Assembly: GCA_039796775.1 (NCBI GenBank)
Contig: JBDKJD010000002.1
Coordinates: 76,574 to 140,573, forward strand
Length of the DNA: 64,000 nucleotides
Origin: Candidatus Parcubacteria bacterium
Lineage (GTDB): Bacteria; Patescibacteriota; Minisyncoccia; Phycocordibacterales; UBA5272
Reading direction: 5' to 3'
The notes under the pieces are model-generated. The model ran no database searches. It saw only the letters and a program-made list of their open reading frames with translations, and had not been told where the DNA came from. This document shows, piece after piece, positions 30,543 to 40,065 of the stretch. Within the stretch, counting starts at the first letter, position 1; each line of letters starts with the position of its first letter. A program made the translations under genes and the position numbers.

Positions 30543-31094
30543 ATGTCAAATTTTGTCAGTGTTAAAGAAATAGAAAAGAAGTCGTTTGAGATGCTCTCAA
30601 AACAATTTGGTTACAAGAATGTAATGGCTTCCCCTCATCTTACTAAGATAACAGTCTCAGTAGCTACAGGCACTGCGATGAAAAAAGATCGTCATCGAAA
30701 TGATCTTGTTATGGACCGTCTCGCTAAGATCACAGGGCAGAAGCCAACACTTCGCAAGGCGAAGAAGTCTGTCGCATCATTTAAGACTCGTGAAGGGGAT
30801 CCGATCGGAGTAGCTGTAACTCTAAGAGGGGATAGAATGTTCGCTTTTATTGATAAAGTACTTCACGTTGCTCTTCCTCGTACAAAAGACTTTAGAGGTA
30901 TCAATAGTACATCAGTCGATAATATCGGTAACATGACCTTTGGTGTTAAAGAACACACTATTTTCCCAGAAATCAAAGACGAAGAATTGAAAGATGTATT
31001 CGGTATGGCTATCACGCTTGTGACTACCGCAAAGACCAAAGAAGAAGCTAAAGCTTTCTTCGATATCATCGGTATTCCTTTCAAAAAAGCATAG
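30543..31094 (+). CDS. rplE: 50S ribosomal protein L5
   Basis: Translation. Confidence 0.95.
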   Translation: MSNFVSVKEIEKKSFEMLSKQFGYKNVMASPHLTKITVSVATGTAMKKDRHRNDLVMDRLAKITGQKPTLRKAKKSVASFKTREGDPIGVAVTLRGDRMFAFIDKVLHVALPRTKDFRGINSTSVDNIGNMTFGVKEHTIFPEIKDEELKDVFGMAITLVTTAKTKEEAKAFFDIIGIPFKKA

Positions 31095-31111
31095 TCTCTA
31101 TTCAAGATTTA

Positions 31112-31146
31112 AAAAACACTCGCAGCTTGCGAGTGTTTTTTGTTTG
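31112..31146 (+). terminator. terminator after rplE
   Basis: cactcgc agct tgcgagtg ttttttg. Confidence 0.55.
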
Positions 31147-31192
31147 TGACATAATGTCATTCTCATAGTTCTTTAATCAACATAAGGAGATA

Positions 31193-31480
31193 GTGATGGC
31201 AGTTGCACAGAGACGAATTCAGAGAGTTAATCCTTTTAATTTGAGTCGATATGAAGGTGGGTCAGGTGGAGAGCGAGCCCATATTCAACCAGCGATTGCT
31301 TTTTGGGGGACAGTCGGACACGTGAGTGATGGCTGTGCACCTGACCCACAAGAAGAGCTAGACGCTCTCCTTGGGCACGAAAAACAACAGCGAGTATTTG
31401 ACTTTTCAATGGTTGTGGGAGAGTTTTCTGATCCTTTATTATTTTTGATCGCTCTTGAAGAGGGTGAGAGAGAAGGTTAA
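31193..31480 (+). CDS. hypothetical protein in GC-enriched island
   Basis: ORF; local GC clearly above window background. Confidence 0.25.
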   Translation: MMAVAQRRIQRVNPFNLSRYEGGSGGERAHIQPAIAFWGTVGHVSDGCAPDPQEELDALLGHEKQQRVFDFSMVVGEFSDPLLFLIALEEGEREG

Positions 31481-31560
31481 TAAAACAAGAACAGCTTCAC
31501 ATCATCATCTAATAAAAAAACTGTCTCAAAAAGACAGTTTTTATATTCTAATTAAAAAAG

Positions 31561-31590
31561 AAAAAACCGCCGAGATGGCGGTTTTGTTAA
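31561..31590 (-). terminator. terminator for the minus-strand lipoprotein gene
   Basis: aaccgcc gagat ggcggtt with U-run on the minus strand. Confidence 0.5.
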
Positions 31591-31631
31591 CTGTAATCTT
31601 TTCAGATCGAGCTAACTTCCGGAAGTTGTAA

Positions 31632-32098
31632 TCAGCTCTTTGGTGCAGACGATGCAGCTGTCGGAGGCTGAGCGTTCGCGGCGCAAGGAGACTGTGACGG
31701 GGGAGCCTTTTTGAGGGCAGGATTCGCCATATTGCACGGTGTGCAAGAGTGGGTGCATGGCATCGAGGTGTGCCAAGTTGTCACCGTTTGTTGGTTGGGC
31801 TCTTCAAAGCCGCAAGCCTTGCCTGGCACCGATGTGATCGATGTTGAAACCTCATCACGGAACCATAAAAATCCGGTACGGATCTCAGTCACCTTTGCCA
31901 AACACGTCTTTGACGCGATGTCACCGATGAACACAGTGTTCGTGTAACCCATCTTTTTGACCACGATTTCGTTGTTGGCGATGGTTGTGACCCGGCCAGG
32001 ATCTCCAACAGGAATCGTTGGGGTGTCACCAGTGCGGCCGCAGCCAGTAAGCAGTGCCGCAAAGGCGACGGCGAAGAGCGCGAGGGTCTTTTTCATGA
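31632..32098 (-). CDS. putative lipoprotein (signal peptide + lipobox LLTGC), GC-rich (~55%) gene
   Basis: MKKTLALFAVAFAALLTGCG; compositional anomaly. Confidence 0.45.
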
Positions 32099-32254
32099 TG
32101 TTTTCTCCTATAAAAGTGGGCATCACCCCGTTTGAAAGTGCATACGTTTACAAAGCAATGCTTTAAAAACGATATGATAATTATATCATTTATTATATTA
32201 ATGTCAATAGACTATATTGACATTAAAATATAAATATGGTAGGGTGCATATATT

Positions 32255-33565
32255 ATGAAAAAAATAGCAACAATTATTACATTAATAGTGAGCGCTTTTG
32301 CGCTTCAAAACAGCGCTTTTGCTGGGTATTTTAGTACCACCCCGCTTCCTGTTTGTGATGCGAGAATCAGCAACAATCTTGCGCGAGGGAGTGAAAATGA
32401 TGATGTTTTGAGACTTCAGAATTTGCTTGCGCGTACAGGATATCTTAACGCTTCTCCAAATGGATACTTCGGATATCAAACAGAAAGAGCAGTCAAAGCG
32501 TTTCAGCGAGATAACGGTCTTCATGGATCAGGTATCGTTGGTGAACAAACCCGTAATTTTGTTAATGAGAGAATGTGTGACACGGATTCTTTCTCAGATG
32601 AAACATTATATTATGGTGGATACTCTTCACTCACAACATATGTAAATACTGAAGATCCTTTTGTTAAAGTTGTGCTCCCGAACACATCATCTGCTATTTT
32701 GAGTACCCCCTCTGTTAGTTCTCTTACTTCAACTTCGCTTTCTAGTGTATTACCAGTCAACACATCTGTTGCTGTGACTAATCCAGAGATTGCAGGAACT
32801 TCTATTGTATATAATCCAGCTATTGGATACACCTATAGTATTATTCCAGCAAGTGGTTCTCTTACTGTCACTTCTCCGGTAGCTAATAGTGTGTTTAAAG
32901 AAGGGGATACGGTTACTGTTGTATGGGGGACTAAGAATTTAACCGCATCTACCTATTCTATTTTGCTTGAGAATACTTCAGTTGGTCAAAGCTATACTGT
33001 CGCTCAAACAAATAACACTTCATTTTCTTTTGTACTCACAAAAGAAATATTAGATGGCGCTTGTGCTGGAGCATGTAATGCTTCTAATCAAGGGTCATAT
33101 AGAATTGTTGTGGCTACTCCAACCAAAGATATAGCTGGAACTATCTCAACACTTCGTGCTGCTGTACAACCAATTACTGTAGTACGTCAATTCGGTTATT
33201 CAGGACAGGTGAGTATTACAACAAACAAGACCCCTGTTACTTCTGGTGAACCATTCAAGCTCTATATTAATATTCCACGAGGTGCTTCATGGGATACATA
33301 CTTGGCAGGTAATTATTCAATCAAAATAAAAGCGAGTTGCCCAAGTGGAGTCTCTGCATCTATTGCTGGTACTCTTTGTGGTCAAGAATTCGTGATTCCT
33401 TTTGCGCCAACATTTTATCAACAAGAGGTTCCTGCTGTTATTACAAATGGAACATGGTTTAGACAAAATGTTCAATTCGACTTAACAGTGACGAATTTGG
33501 CAGGTCAAACAATTGGTACATCTCAAACAAATGTTATCGTAAACGGGACACCATTTAGTTGGTAA
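32255..33565 (+). CDS. secreted protein with Cys-bracketed PG_binding_1-like domain and Ser/Thr-rich region (paralog 2)
   Basis: Signal peptide; DVLRLQNLLARTGYL...GYFGYQTERAVKAFQRDNGLHGSGIVGEQT. Confidence 0.55.
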   Translation: MKKIATIITLIVSAFALQNSAFAGYFSTTPLPVCDARISNNLARGSENDDVLRLQNLLARTGYLNASPNGYFGYQTERAVKAFQRDNGLHGSGIVGEQTRNFVNERMCDTDSFSDETLYYGGYSSLTTYVNTEDPFVKVVLPNTSSAILSTPSVSSLTSTSLSSVLPVNTSVAVTNPEIAGTSIVYNPAIGYTYSIIPASGSLTVTSPVANSVFKEGDTVTVVWGTKNLTASTYSILLENTSVGQSYTVAQTNNTSFSFVLTKEILDGACAGACNASNQGSYRIVVATPTKDIAGTISTLRAAVQPITVVRQFGYSGQVSITTNKTPVTSGEPFKLYINIPRGASWDTYLAGNYSIKIKASCPSGVSASIAGTLCGQEFVIPFAPTFYQQEVPAVITNGTWFRQNVQFDLTVTNLAGQTIGTSQTNVIVNGTPFSW

Positions 33566-33607
33566 GATGATAGTTACTGGTTTATAGTTACTGGTTACTG
33601 CAAATAC

Positions 33608-33638
33608 AAAAGCCGCCCCTTCGGGGCGGCTTTTGTAT
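33608..33638. terminator. bidirectional terminator, UUCG tetraloop
   Basis: aaagccgcccc ttcg gggcggcttttg. Confidence 0.6.
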
Positions 33639-33652
33639 TGCCTCACAGCACT

Positions 33653-34057
33653 TTAAGATAAAAGGTTTTTTATATAAAACATTATAGCTGAAGTAACTCC
33701 CATGAGAATTGTCCCCCATAATACATCGACTACTACTAGCTTGAAAGGCCAAGAGCTTAGTGTTGCCATATTGGTGAGATCATAGAATGCATACATGAGG
33801 AATCCAAGTATTGCTCCCCATAACAACGCTTCTTGAAGAGTATTTACTCTTGATAAAACAAAGACCCATATAGAGATAATCGCAACGATATAGAATCCAA
33901 CAACAGCAGGGAAGTAAGGGACGAGAGAACCATTTTCTATAGTGATATGAGATGCTAGTTTGTCCAAATAAAAAGCCTTAGCAACGTTGGCAAGCCACAC
34001 ATAGTCCATAATAGTAATAGTGATAATTCCTACAAAAGAAGTGATGACATGAAGCAT
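33653..34057 (-). CDS. DUF2177-like small membrane protein (ORF is open up to 34261; internal Met at 34057 preferred)
   Basis: ALLWGAILGFLMYAFYDLTN conserved-looking motif; the longer N-terminal extension would overlap a plus-strand promoter and small gene. Confidence 0.4.
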   Translation of the reverse strand: MLHVITSFVGIITITIMDYVWLANVAKAFYLDKLASHITIENGSLVPYFPAVVGFYIVAIISIWVFVLSRVNTLQEALLWGAILGFLMYAFYDLTNMATLSSWPFKLVVVDVLWGTILMGVTSAIMFYIKNLLS

Positions 34058-34153
34058 GATGATTGTAGTGTACACCTTTTGACTTTGTTTTAGAAATGGT
34101 ATAAAGTCTAAACATCGTAATCGTTCTTTAACTATTTTTAAGGAGACACGATC

Positions 34154-34354
34154 ATGTCTAAAAGTGAAATGGTCTCGCCTGGAGAAGGGGCTTTTTTCCA
34201 AAGTGTAAAAGATTTCAAGCCAAGTCACTTCTTCCTTTTGTTGCTTAAAATAACCACTCAAGGTTCAAGGTTTGGCATGGAGACGCAGAGTATCGTTGAC
34301 AGAGTAAACCGCCAGCTCCAGAGAGACCTGGGATGTAAACCGAGATCTCTCTAA
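34154..34354 (+). CDS. small hypothetical protein (66 aa) with SD, promoter-like TTGACT-N15-TATAAA (34079-34105) and downstream hairpin (34391-34420)
   Basis: AGGAG 8 nt before the ATG. Confidence 0.3.
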   Translation: MSKSEMVSPGEGAFFQSVKDFKPSHFFLLLLKITTQGSRFGMETQSIVDRVNRQLQRDLGCKPRSL

Positions 34355-34581
34355 AAGGTATTGATGGACAAACGGGTGATACCTCTTTAAGCAGAGCGCA
34401 GCAGAAGCGCTCTTTCTTTTTGTCTTATTCTGTGGTATTATATTTCTGTTCTTCATTTCTCCATACCTTAACCCAAGATTAAATTAGTTTTGTGTAAATG
34501 TATGCGATAGGAGAAGAACAAAACCAACCTCACTTCTCGTGAATCATTGGTTGTATTATTTATTCAATTCTCTACTCTCTT

Positions 34582-34767
34582 ATGGCAAAAACATCAACAA
34601 TTGCAAGAAGTAACAAGAAACCTAAATTCTCAACACGTATAGTGAACCGATGCTTTAAATGTGGTCGAAAGCACGGATTTATGAGAGATTTTGGTCTTTG
34701 CAGAACATGCTTCCGTGAGCTCGCTAACGAAGGAATGATCGCAGGGGTCAAGAAGGCGTCTTGGTAA
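34582..34767 (+). CDS. rpsN: 30S ribosomal protein S14, zinc-ribbon Z type
   Basis: 61 aa, CxxC...Cxx[17 protein letters not shown]. Confidence 0.9.
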   Translation: MAKTSTIARSNKKPKFSTRIVNRCFKCGRKHGFMRDFGLCRTCFRELANEGMIAGVKKASW

Positions 34768-34779
34768 TATTTCAAATTT

Positions 34780-35163
34780 ATGGATCCAATAGCAAACATG
34801 CTCGTAGCCATCAAAAACGGTGGCCTCGTCAAAAAATCTTCAGTCGTTATTCCTTCATCAAAAATGAAGGTGGCGATTCTAGAAGTTCTCAAGAAAGAAG
34901 GATTTGTGAAGACATATCATGTAAGTGACACAGTTACTCCTACTGTAGAAGTGGTAATCGCTTACGAAAAAGGTCTTCCAAAGATTAACAATGTTACTCG
35001 TGTTTCTAAGCAATCAAAGCGAGTGTACAAAGGGGTTAAGAAAATCACTCCTTACAAATATGGTCATGGAATGACTGTATTCACTACCCCTAAGGGGATA
35101 CTCACTGATAAAGAAGCGAAAGCTTCTCATGTCGGAGGTGAGGCATTATTCACAATCTGGTAA
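34780..35163 (+). CDS. rpsH: 30S ribosomal protein S8
   Basis: MDPIANMLVAIKNG... Confidence 0.95.
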   Translation: MDPIANMLVAIKNGGLVKKSSVVIPSSKMKVAILEVLKKEGFVKTYHVSDTVTPTVEVVIAYEKGLPKINNVTRVSKQSKRVYKGVKKITPYKYGHGMTVFTTPKGILTDKEAKASHVGGEALFTIW

Positions 35164-35172
35164 TTAAAACGT

Positions 35173-35706
35173 ATGAGCAGAATAGGAAAACAAATCATCA
35201 ATATTCCAGCAGGTGTCGAAGTACATATCGATGCCCATGCTGTACGTGTCAAAGGTCCACAAGGAGAACTTGTGCGCCCAGTTCGTGACGAGGTTGCTTT
35301 CACAGTAGAAAACAATACAATCACGAGCTCTCCAAGAAGAAACGACAAATTCTCTCGTTCACTGTGGGGAACTTACATGTCTCATGTAAGTAATATGATA
35401 CAAGGAGTTACTACTCCGTTTACAAAAAAGCTTCTTGTTGAAGGAGTCGGATTCAAATGGGATGTTAAGGGTCAACAACTCAATCTCTCACTTGGATTCT
35501 CTCACCCGGTAGTAAAGGATATTCCGCAAGGATTAACCGTTGTTGCTGAAAAGGGGGCACTCACTATTACAGGAATTGATAAAGAGTTAGTCGGCCTCTT
35601 CGCCAATCAAGTACGCTCGCTTAAGAAACCTGAACCGTTCAAAGGTAAAGGTATTCGTTATGAAAACGAAGTTATTCGTCGTAAGCAAGGTAAGAAATCT
35701 GCATAA
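35173..35706 (+). CDS. rplF: 50S ribosomal protein L6
   Basis: Translation. Confidence 0.95.
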   Translation: MSRIGKQIINIPAGVEVHIDAHAVRVKGPQGELVRPVRDEVAFTVENNTITSSPRRNDKFSRSLWGTYMSHVSNMIQGVTTPFTKKLLVEGVGFKWDVKGQQLNLSLGFSHPVVKDIPQGLTVVAEKGALTITGIDKELVGLFANQVRSLKKPEPFKGKGIRYENEVIRRKQGKKSA

Positions 35707-35723
35707 TCTGTAGCACAACATCT

Positions 35724-36074
35724 ATGAAAACTAATATCAAAACAGAAAAGAGACTACGTCTTCACAAGAAGATTCGTTCTCGTGTTTCGGGAACACAAGA
35801 GAGACCTCGTCTTGCTGTGTTTCGTTCTAACAAGTTTATGTATGCGCAGCTTATTGATGACGTCGCACAGGTAACACTTGCGTCAGCTTCAGATATTTCT
35901 CTTACTGATAAGGTAACAAAAGTAGAGCGTGCAAAAATCGTTGGCAAGAAATTAGCTGACGAAGCAAAGAAGAAAAATATTACTACGATCGTCTTTGATC
36001 GTGGCGGGTTCTCGTACCGTGGTCGAGTACAAGCTCTTGCAGAAGGAGCTCGTCAGGCAGGTCTAATTTTCTAA
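35724..36074 (+). CDS. rplR: 50S ribosomal protein L18
   Basis: Translation. Confidence 0.9.
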   Translation: MKTNIKTEKRLRLHKKIRSRVSGTQERPRLAVFRSNKFMYAQLIDDVAQVTLASASDISLTDKVTKVERAKIVGKKLADEAKKKNITTIVFDRGGFSYRGRVQALAEGARQAGLIF

Positions 36075-36078
36075 CACT

Positions 36079-36723
36079 ATGACAGAACAAATAACAAAAA
36101 CAGAAACCCCCACAACTGTAGTTGAAACAGGGAGTGTGGCAGTTGCTGAGGATCGTCAAGCTCCTCGTGGCAAGAAGGGAGGTAGACCAGGAGGCAAGGG
36201 AGGTAATCGTCCACCACGTGCTCCTCGTGAGAAGCCTGAATTTGATTCAAAGACTATCAGTATCCGTCGCGTAACTCGCGTGGTATCTGGAGGTAGACGT
36301 TTCTCACTCTCAGTTGCTCTTGTGGCTGGAGATAGAAATGGTCGTATCGGTCTTGGAACTGGAAAAGCTCAAGATACTCAAGTAGCTATAGAAAAAGCTC
36401 TCAAAGCTGCTAAGCGTAACATGATAACTCTTAAGCTCTCAAAGCAAAAGTCTCTCTATCATGATGTTAACGCTAAGTTCAAATCATCTGAAGTTACCAT
36501 GATGCCTAACCGTGGTCGTGGTCTTATTGCTGGATCTTCAGCTCGTATTATTCTTTCGCTTGCTGGGGTTGCTAATATCACAGCTAAGTTCCATTCAGGA
36601 TCAAAGAATAAGCTTAACAATGCTCGCGCTACTATGAAGGCGCTTGAGACTATTGCTTACGCTCATGATGAAGCTCCTGTGCCAAAGGTGAAGATGGAAA
36701 AGGCTCCTATTACTAACGAATAA
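36079..36723 (+). CDS. rpsE: 30S ribosomal protein S5 (Gly/Arg-rich N-terminal extension); followed directly by L15, no L30
   Basis: Translation. Confidence 0.95.
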   Translation: MTEQITKTETPTTVVETGSVAVAEDRQAPRGKKGGRPGGKGGNRPPRAPREKPEFDSKTISIRRVTRVVSGGRRFSLSVALVAGDRNGRIGLGTGKAQDTQVAIEKALKAAKRNMITLKLSKQKSLYHDVNAKFKSSEVTMMPNRGRGLIAGSSARIILSLAGVANITAKFHSGSKNKLNNARATMKALETIAYAHDEAPVPKVKMEKAPITNE

Positions 36724-36733
36724 CGAGAACATT

Positions 36734-37258
36734 ATGCAGATACATCAAATCAAACGTGTTCATCCGAACAAAAAATCAAAGCTCGTAGCTCGTGGTGGTA
36801 AGCGTGGTAAAACTGCCGGTAAGGGTGGCAAAGGTCAAACAGCGAGAGCTGGGCACCGTGTACGTCCTGCTATGCGTGATATCATCAAGAAGCTTCCTAA
36901 GCTCCGAGGTTATGGCAAGAATCGTTCGAAGTCAGTATTCGATCGAGGGCCAGAAACTGTAGTTAACGTTAATCTTCTTAATGCCTTTGAAAAGGGAGCT
37001 CAAGTTACTCCAGAAACTCTTTTGGCTAAAGGTATTATCAAGAAAGTGGTTGGTCGCTTCCCTAAGATTAAGATTTTAGGAACAGGCGAGATAACTACCG
37101 CAGTCAACATTTCTCTCTGTGAAGTATCTGTTACTGCTAAAGAAAAGATAGAAAAGGCAGGCGGTACAGTAACTCTTCCAGAAGTTAAGGAGGTTGCTCC
37201 AAAAAAGGAGAAGAAAGAAAAGAAAGTTGCTAAAAAAGCTATCTCTAAGAAGAAATAA
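36734..37258 (+). CDS. rplO: 50S ribosomal protein L15
   Basis: Translation. Confidence 0.9.
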   Translation: MQIHQIKRVHPNKKSKLVARGGKRGKTAGKGGKGQTARAGHRVRPAMRDIIKKLPKLRGYGKNRSKSVFDRGPETVVNVNLLNAFEKGAQVTPETLLAKGIIKKVVGRFPKIKILGTGEITTAVNISLCEVSVTAKEKIEKAGGTVTLPEVKEVAPKKEKKEKKVAKKAISKKK

Positions 37259-37524
37259 GAAAACAGCTTTTGGTTGTGAGTCCTTAGCTTCTAGTTTGAA
37301 CAACAAAGAGCGACGCCGTAGGCGTCGCTCTTTGTTGTTCCCGTCGATTCTCTACAATAACAGAAAATCTCTCATCTTGAAGAAGATGATTAATTCAGCT
37401 ACACTTGTCCCGCTAACCGCTAAATTAGCCCTACACTTGCTTGCTCCGGGCATCTTCGTCGAGCCCAAGGCACTCACTTACTAGTTCGTCTTCGCTCCTC
37501 GAGCTAATGGCTAATGGTTAAGTA

Positions 37525-38808
37525 TTGTGGTATAATAGTCAAATTATGAAGACAATAAAGGCTATTTTTTCGGACGCGCAATTACGAAAGCGAATCCTCT
37601 TTGTGATCGGTATTCTTATTTTTACTAGATTTTTATCGGCTATTCCAATACCAGATATTAACACTTCTGAACTCGCTTCTTTGCTTGCTGGCAATAAAGC
37701 TATCAGTTTCTTGAATGTGTTGTCAGGAGGAGGACTCGCTTCTTTCTCTATTGTGATGCTCGGAGTCGGTCCGTATATTACTGCATCTATTATTATGCAG
37801 CTCTCAACAGTACTTTCTCCACGTCTTAAGGAAATGTATCAAGAAGAAGGAGATAGAGGTCGCAAGCGATTCGTACAATATGGTCGCATCTTGTCACTCC
37901 CTCTTGCTGTTATACAAGGGTATGCACTCCTCACCCTTCTTGTTCGTCAAAATGTATTACCACAATTATCTGTTGATCAAATGACATCTAATCTCATCAT
38001 TATTACAGCAGGAACAATGCTTATGATGTGGCTAGGTGAACAAATTAACGAGCGTGGTATCGGAAACGGTGTTTCCCTTATCATTTTCGCTGGTATCGTA
38101 GCTGCTATCCCTACAACACTTGGTCAATACTTCCTCACTTTTGATCCGTCTCAGATACCTATGCTTGTAGGACTTCTCACACTTTCACTTATCGTTATCG
38201 CTGGTATTGTGTATATCACAGAAGCTGAGCGCAAGATTCCTGTGACATATGCCAAGGAATCACGACTTGGTGCTTCAAGTGGATTCGGAGCTACGACTTA
38301 TCTCCCGCTTCGTCTTAATCAAGCTGGAGTTGTGCCAATTATATTTGCTATATCAATTCTTATATTCCCTCAAATCATCGCACAGCTTCTTATCACTTCA
38401 GACAACAGCACATTACGTTCAGTTGCCCGCTTCATCAATGAAGCAATTGCTAATCAGTGGATATATGGAGTCGTGTACTTCTTCTTGGTAGTAGCGTTCA
38501 CCTACTTCTATACAGCTATTACGTTTGATCCACAAAAGACAGGAGAGAATCTTGCCAAGAATGGTGCATTTATCCCAGGGTATAGACCTGGAAATGGAAC
38601 AGTGGAATATATTAGTTATGTGCTCGCTCGTGTTACATTAGTCGGTGCTATCTTCCTCGGACTTATCGCAGTACTTCCAGTTGCTGTTCAAGGGATTACG
38701 GGAATCACAGCTATTGCGGTAGGTGGAACATCTATCTTAATTGCAGTGTCTGTTATTCTTGATCTTATCAAGAAGATTGATGCACAGCTTTCGATGAGAG
38801 AGTACTAA
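37525..38808 (+). CDS. secY: preprotein translocase SecY
   Basis: 10-TM translation with SecY motifs. Confidence 0.95.
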   Translation: MWYNSQIMKTIKAIFSDAQLRKRILFVIGILIFTRFLSAIPIPDINTSELASLLAGNKAISFLNVLSGGGLASFSIVMLGVGPYITASIIMQLSTVLSPRLKEMYQEEGDRGRKRFVQYGRILSLPLAVIQGYALLTLLVRQNVLPQLSVDQMTSNLIIITAGTMLMMWLGEQINERGIGNGVSLIIFAGIVAAIPTTLGQYFLTFDPSQIPMLVGLLTLSLIVIAGIVYITEAERKIPVTYAKESRLGASSGFGATTYLPLRLNQAGVVPIIFAISILIFPQIIAQLLITSDNSTLRSVARFINEAIANQWIYGVVYFFLVVAFTYFYTAITFDPQKTGENLAKNGAFIPGYRPGNGTVEYISYVLARVTLVGAIFLGLIAVLPVAVQGITGITAIAVGGTSILIAVSVILDLIKKIDAQLSMREY

Positions 38809-38845
38809 GGGTGGCTTTTAGCGATTAGCTTTTGGTTTCTAGCAA

Positions 38846-38880
38846 ACAAAGCGCCGTACGGCGCTTTTTGTTTTTGGTTT
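38846..38880 (+). terminator. terminator after secY
   Basis: aagcgccg tac ggcgctttttgttttt. Confidence 0.55.
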
Positions 38881-38930
38881 CCTGTAATTTTGTTAATGGC
38901 TAATGGCTAATTTCGTGGTAGTATTGTGTT

Positions 38931-39539
38931 ATGGAAAAACGTTTTATCATCATCATGGCCTCTCCCGGAGCTGGTAAGAGCACACAGGCTAAGCTCCTTA
39001 AAGAAGCATTGGCTAAGCATTATTCTGACGTGATTCATGTTACTACTGGAGGTACATTCAGAACCTTTATCCAAGGAGAGAGTTTTATGGCAAGACGTGC
39101 TAGAGAGGAGCAGAATAGTGGAGGATTACAACCTGAATTCTTGGCGATCTGGAATTGGGTAAATGTGTTTATAGAAAAGTTACAAGAAAATACAACAGTT
39201 ATTTTAGATGGTGCACCAAGAAAAATAGTTGAGACACATGCAATTCACAATCTCTTCTCATTCCTTGGATACAAAAGACCGGTAGTATTCTATCTTGAAG
39301 TGACTGCTCAAAAAGCAAAAGAGCGTCAATTGTTACGAGAAGCAACAGCAACAGAAAAAAGATCAGATGCAAGCAGTGATGAAGAAATAGAAAAACGCAT
39401 CAATCTTTTTTATGAAGACATACTCCCATGTGTTGAAATATTTAAGAATGATCCACGATATGACTTTTATCGTATTAACGGAGAAGAGACTATTGAGGCT
39501 ATTCATCAAGAAATAGTAGAGAAGCTTGACCTTGTTTAA
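38931..39539 (+). CDS. adk: adenylate kinase-like NMP kinase
   Basis: P-loop SPGAGKST, LDGAPR, operon position after secY. Confidence 0.7.
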   Translation: MEKRFIIIMASPGAGKSTQAKLLKEALAKHYSDVIHVTTGGTFRTFIQGESFMARRAREEQNSGGLQPEFLAIWNWVNVFIEKLQENTTVILDGAPRKIVETHAIHNLFSFLGYKRPVVFYLEVTAQKAKERQLLREATATEKRSDASSDEEIEKRINLFYEDILPCVEIFKNDPRYDFYRINGEETIEAIHQEIVEKLDLV

Positions 39540-39554
39540 ATATACGTTATAGTA

Positions 39555-39749
39555 TTGAATATGGTATCAAAAGTAACAGTAGATAATAATGAAATACAGC
39601 TTTCTTTTAATAAAAAGAATTTTCTAACGTTTCTCCATTCAATGGGATTTTTAAGCGATGAGGCAAAAAAAAGTACAGATCTCTCATGGCGTCAGTACAA
39701 GAAGGGAAATTTTAAAGTTCTTAAGAGTGCTAAAGATTTACTTGCATAA
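39555..39749 (+). CDS. putative antitoxin (small protein immediately upstream of RelE/ParE-like toxin)
   Basis: 64-aa ORF ending 3 nt before the toxin start. Confidence 0.35.
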   Translation: MNMVSKVTVDNNEIQLSFNKKNFLTFLHSMGFLSDEAKKSTDLSWRQYKKGNFKVLKSAKDLLA

Positions 39750-39752
39750 AGC

Positions 39753-40034
39753 ATGTTAGAAGTTCGCTATACTGAAGAATTTTTAAAGCGATTCAAAGAT
39801 CTTCCGTTAAGTATTCAGAAAAAAGCTGCGAAGCAGATAGATATATTAAAAGTGTTTCCGTTTTATCCGTCACTTCACAATGAAAAGATAGAACCGACAT
39901 CTAAAGGTTTGTGGAGTATTCGTATAGATCAGAAGTATAGAATATTGTATCGTCACGATGAAGGAAATGTGGTAGTGTTATTATCCTGTGGAGCTCATGA
40001 TTGGCTCTATTCTGTGAGTAAATTTTTCAAATAA
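39753..40034 (+). CDS. RelE/ParE-family type II toxin
   Basis: C-terminal YRILYRHDEGNVVVLLSCGAHDW resembles the RelE/ParE core (YR.IY.ID...V.V..IGHR). Confidence 0.55.
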   Translation: MLEVRYTEEFLKRFKDLPLSIQKKAAKQIDILKVFPFYPSLHNEKIEPTSKGLWSIRIDQKYRILYRHDEGNVVVLLSCGAHDWLYSVSKFFK

Positions 40035-40065
40035 ATATCTTTACTCTTTAATCCTCATTCTTTTT

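Noticed and set aside
34262-34360. Possible tRNA or small structured RNA between the DUF2177 gene and rpsN
   Set aside because: No cloverleaf, no T-arm GTTC motif, no anticodon stem; better explained as an SD-led small ORF plus terminator.
37194-37484. Lys/Arg-rich 96-aa ORF between rplO and secY
   Set aside because: Low-complexity translation spanning a terminator hairpin and the mini-repeat spacer.
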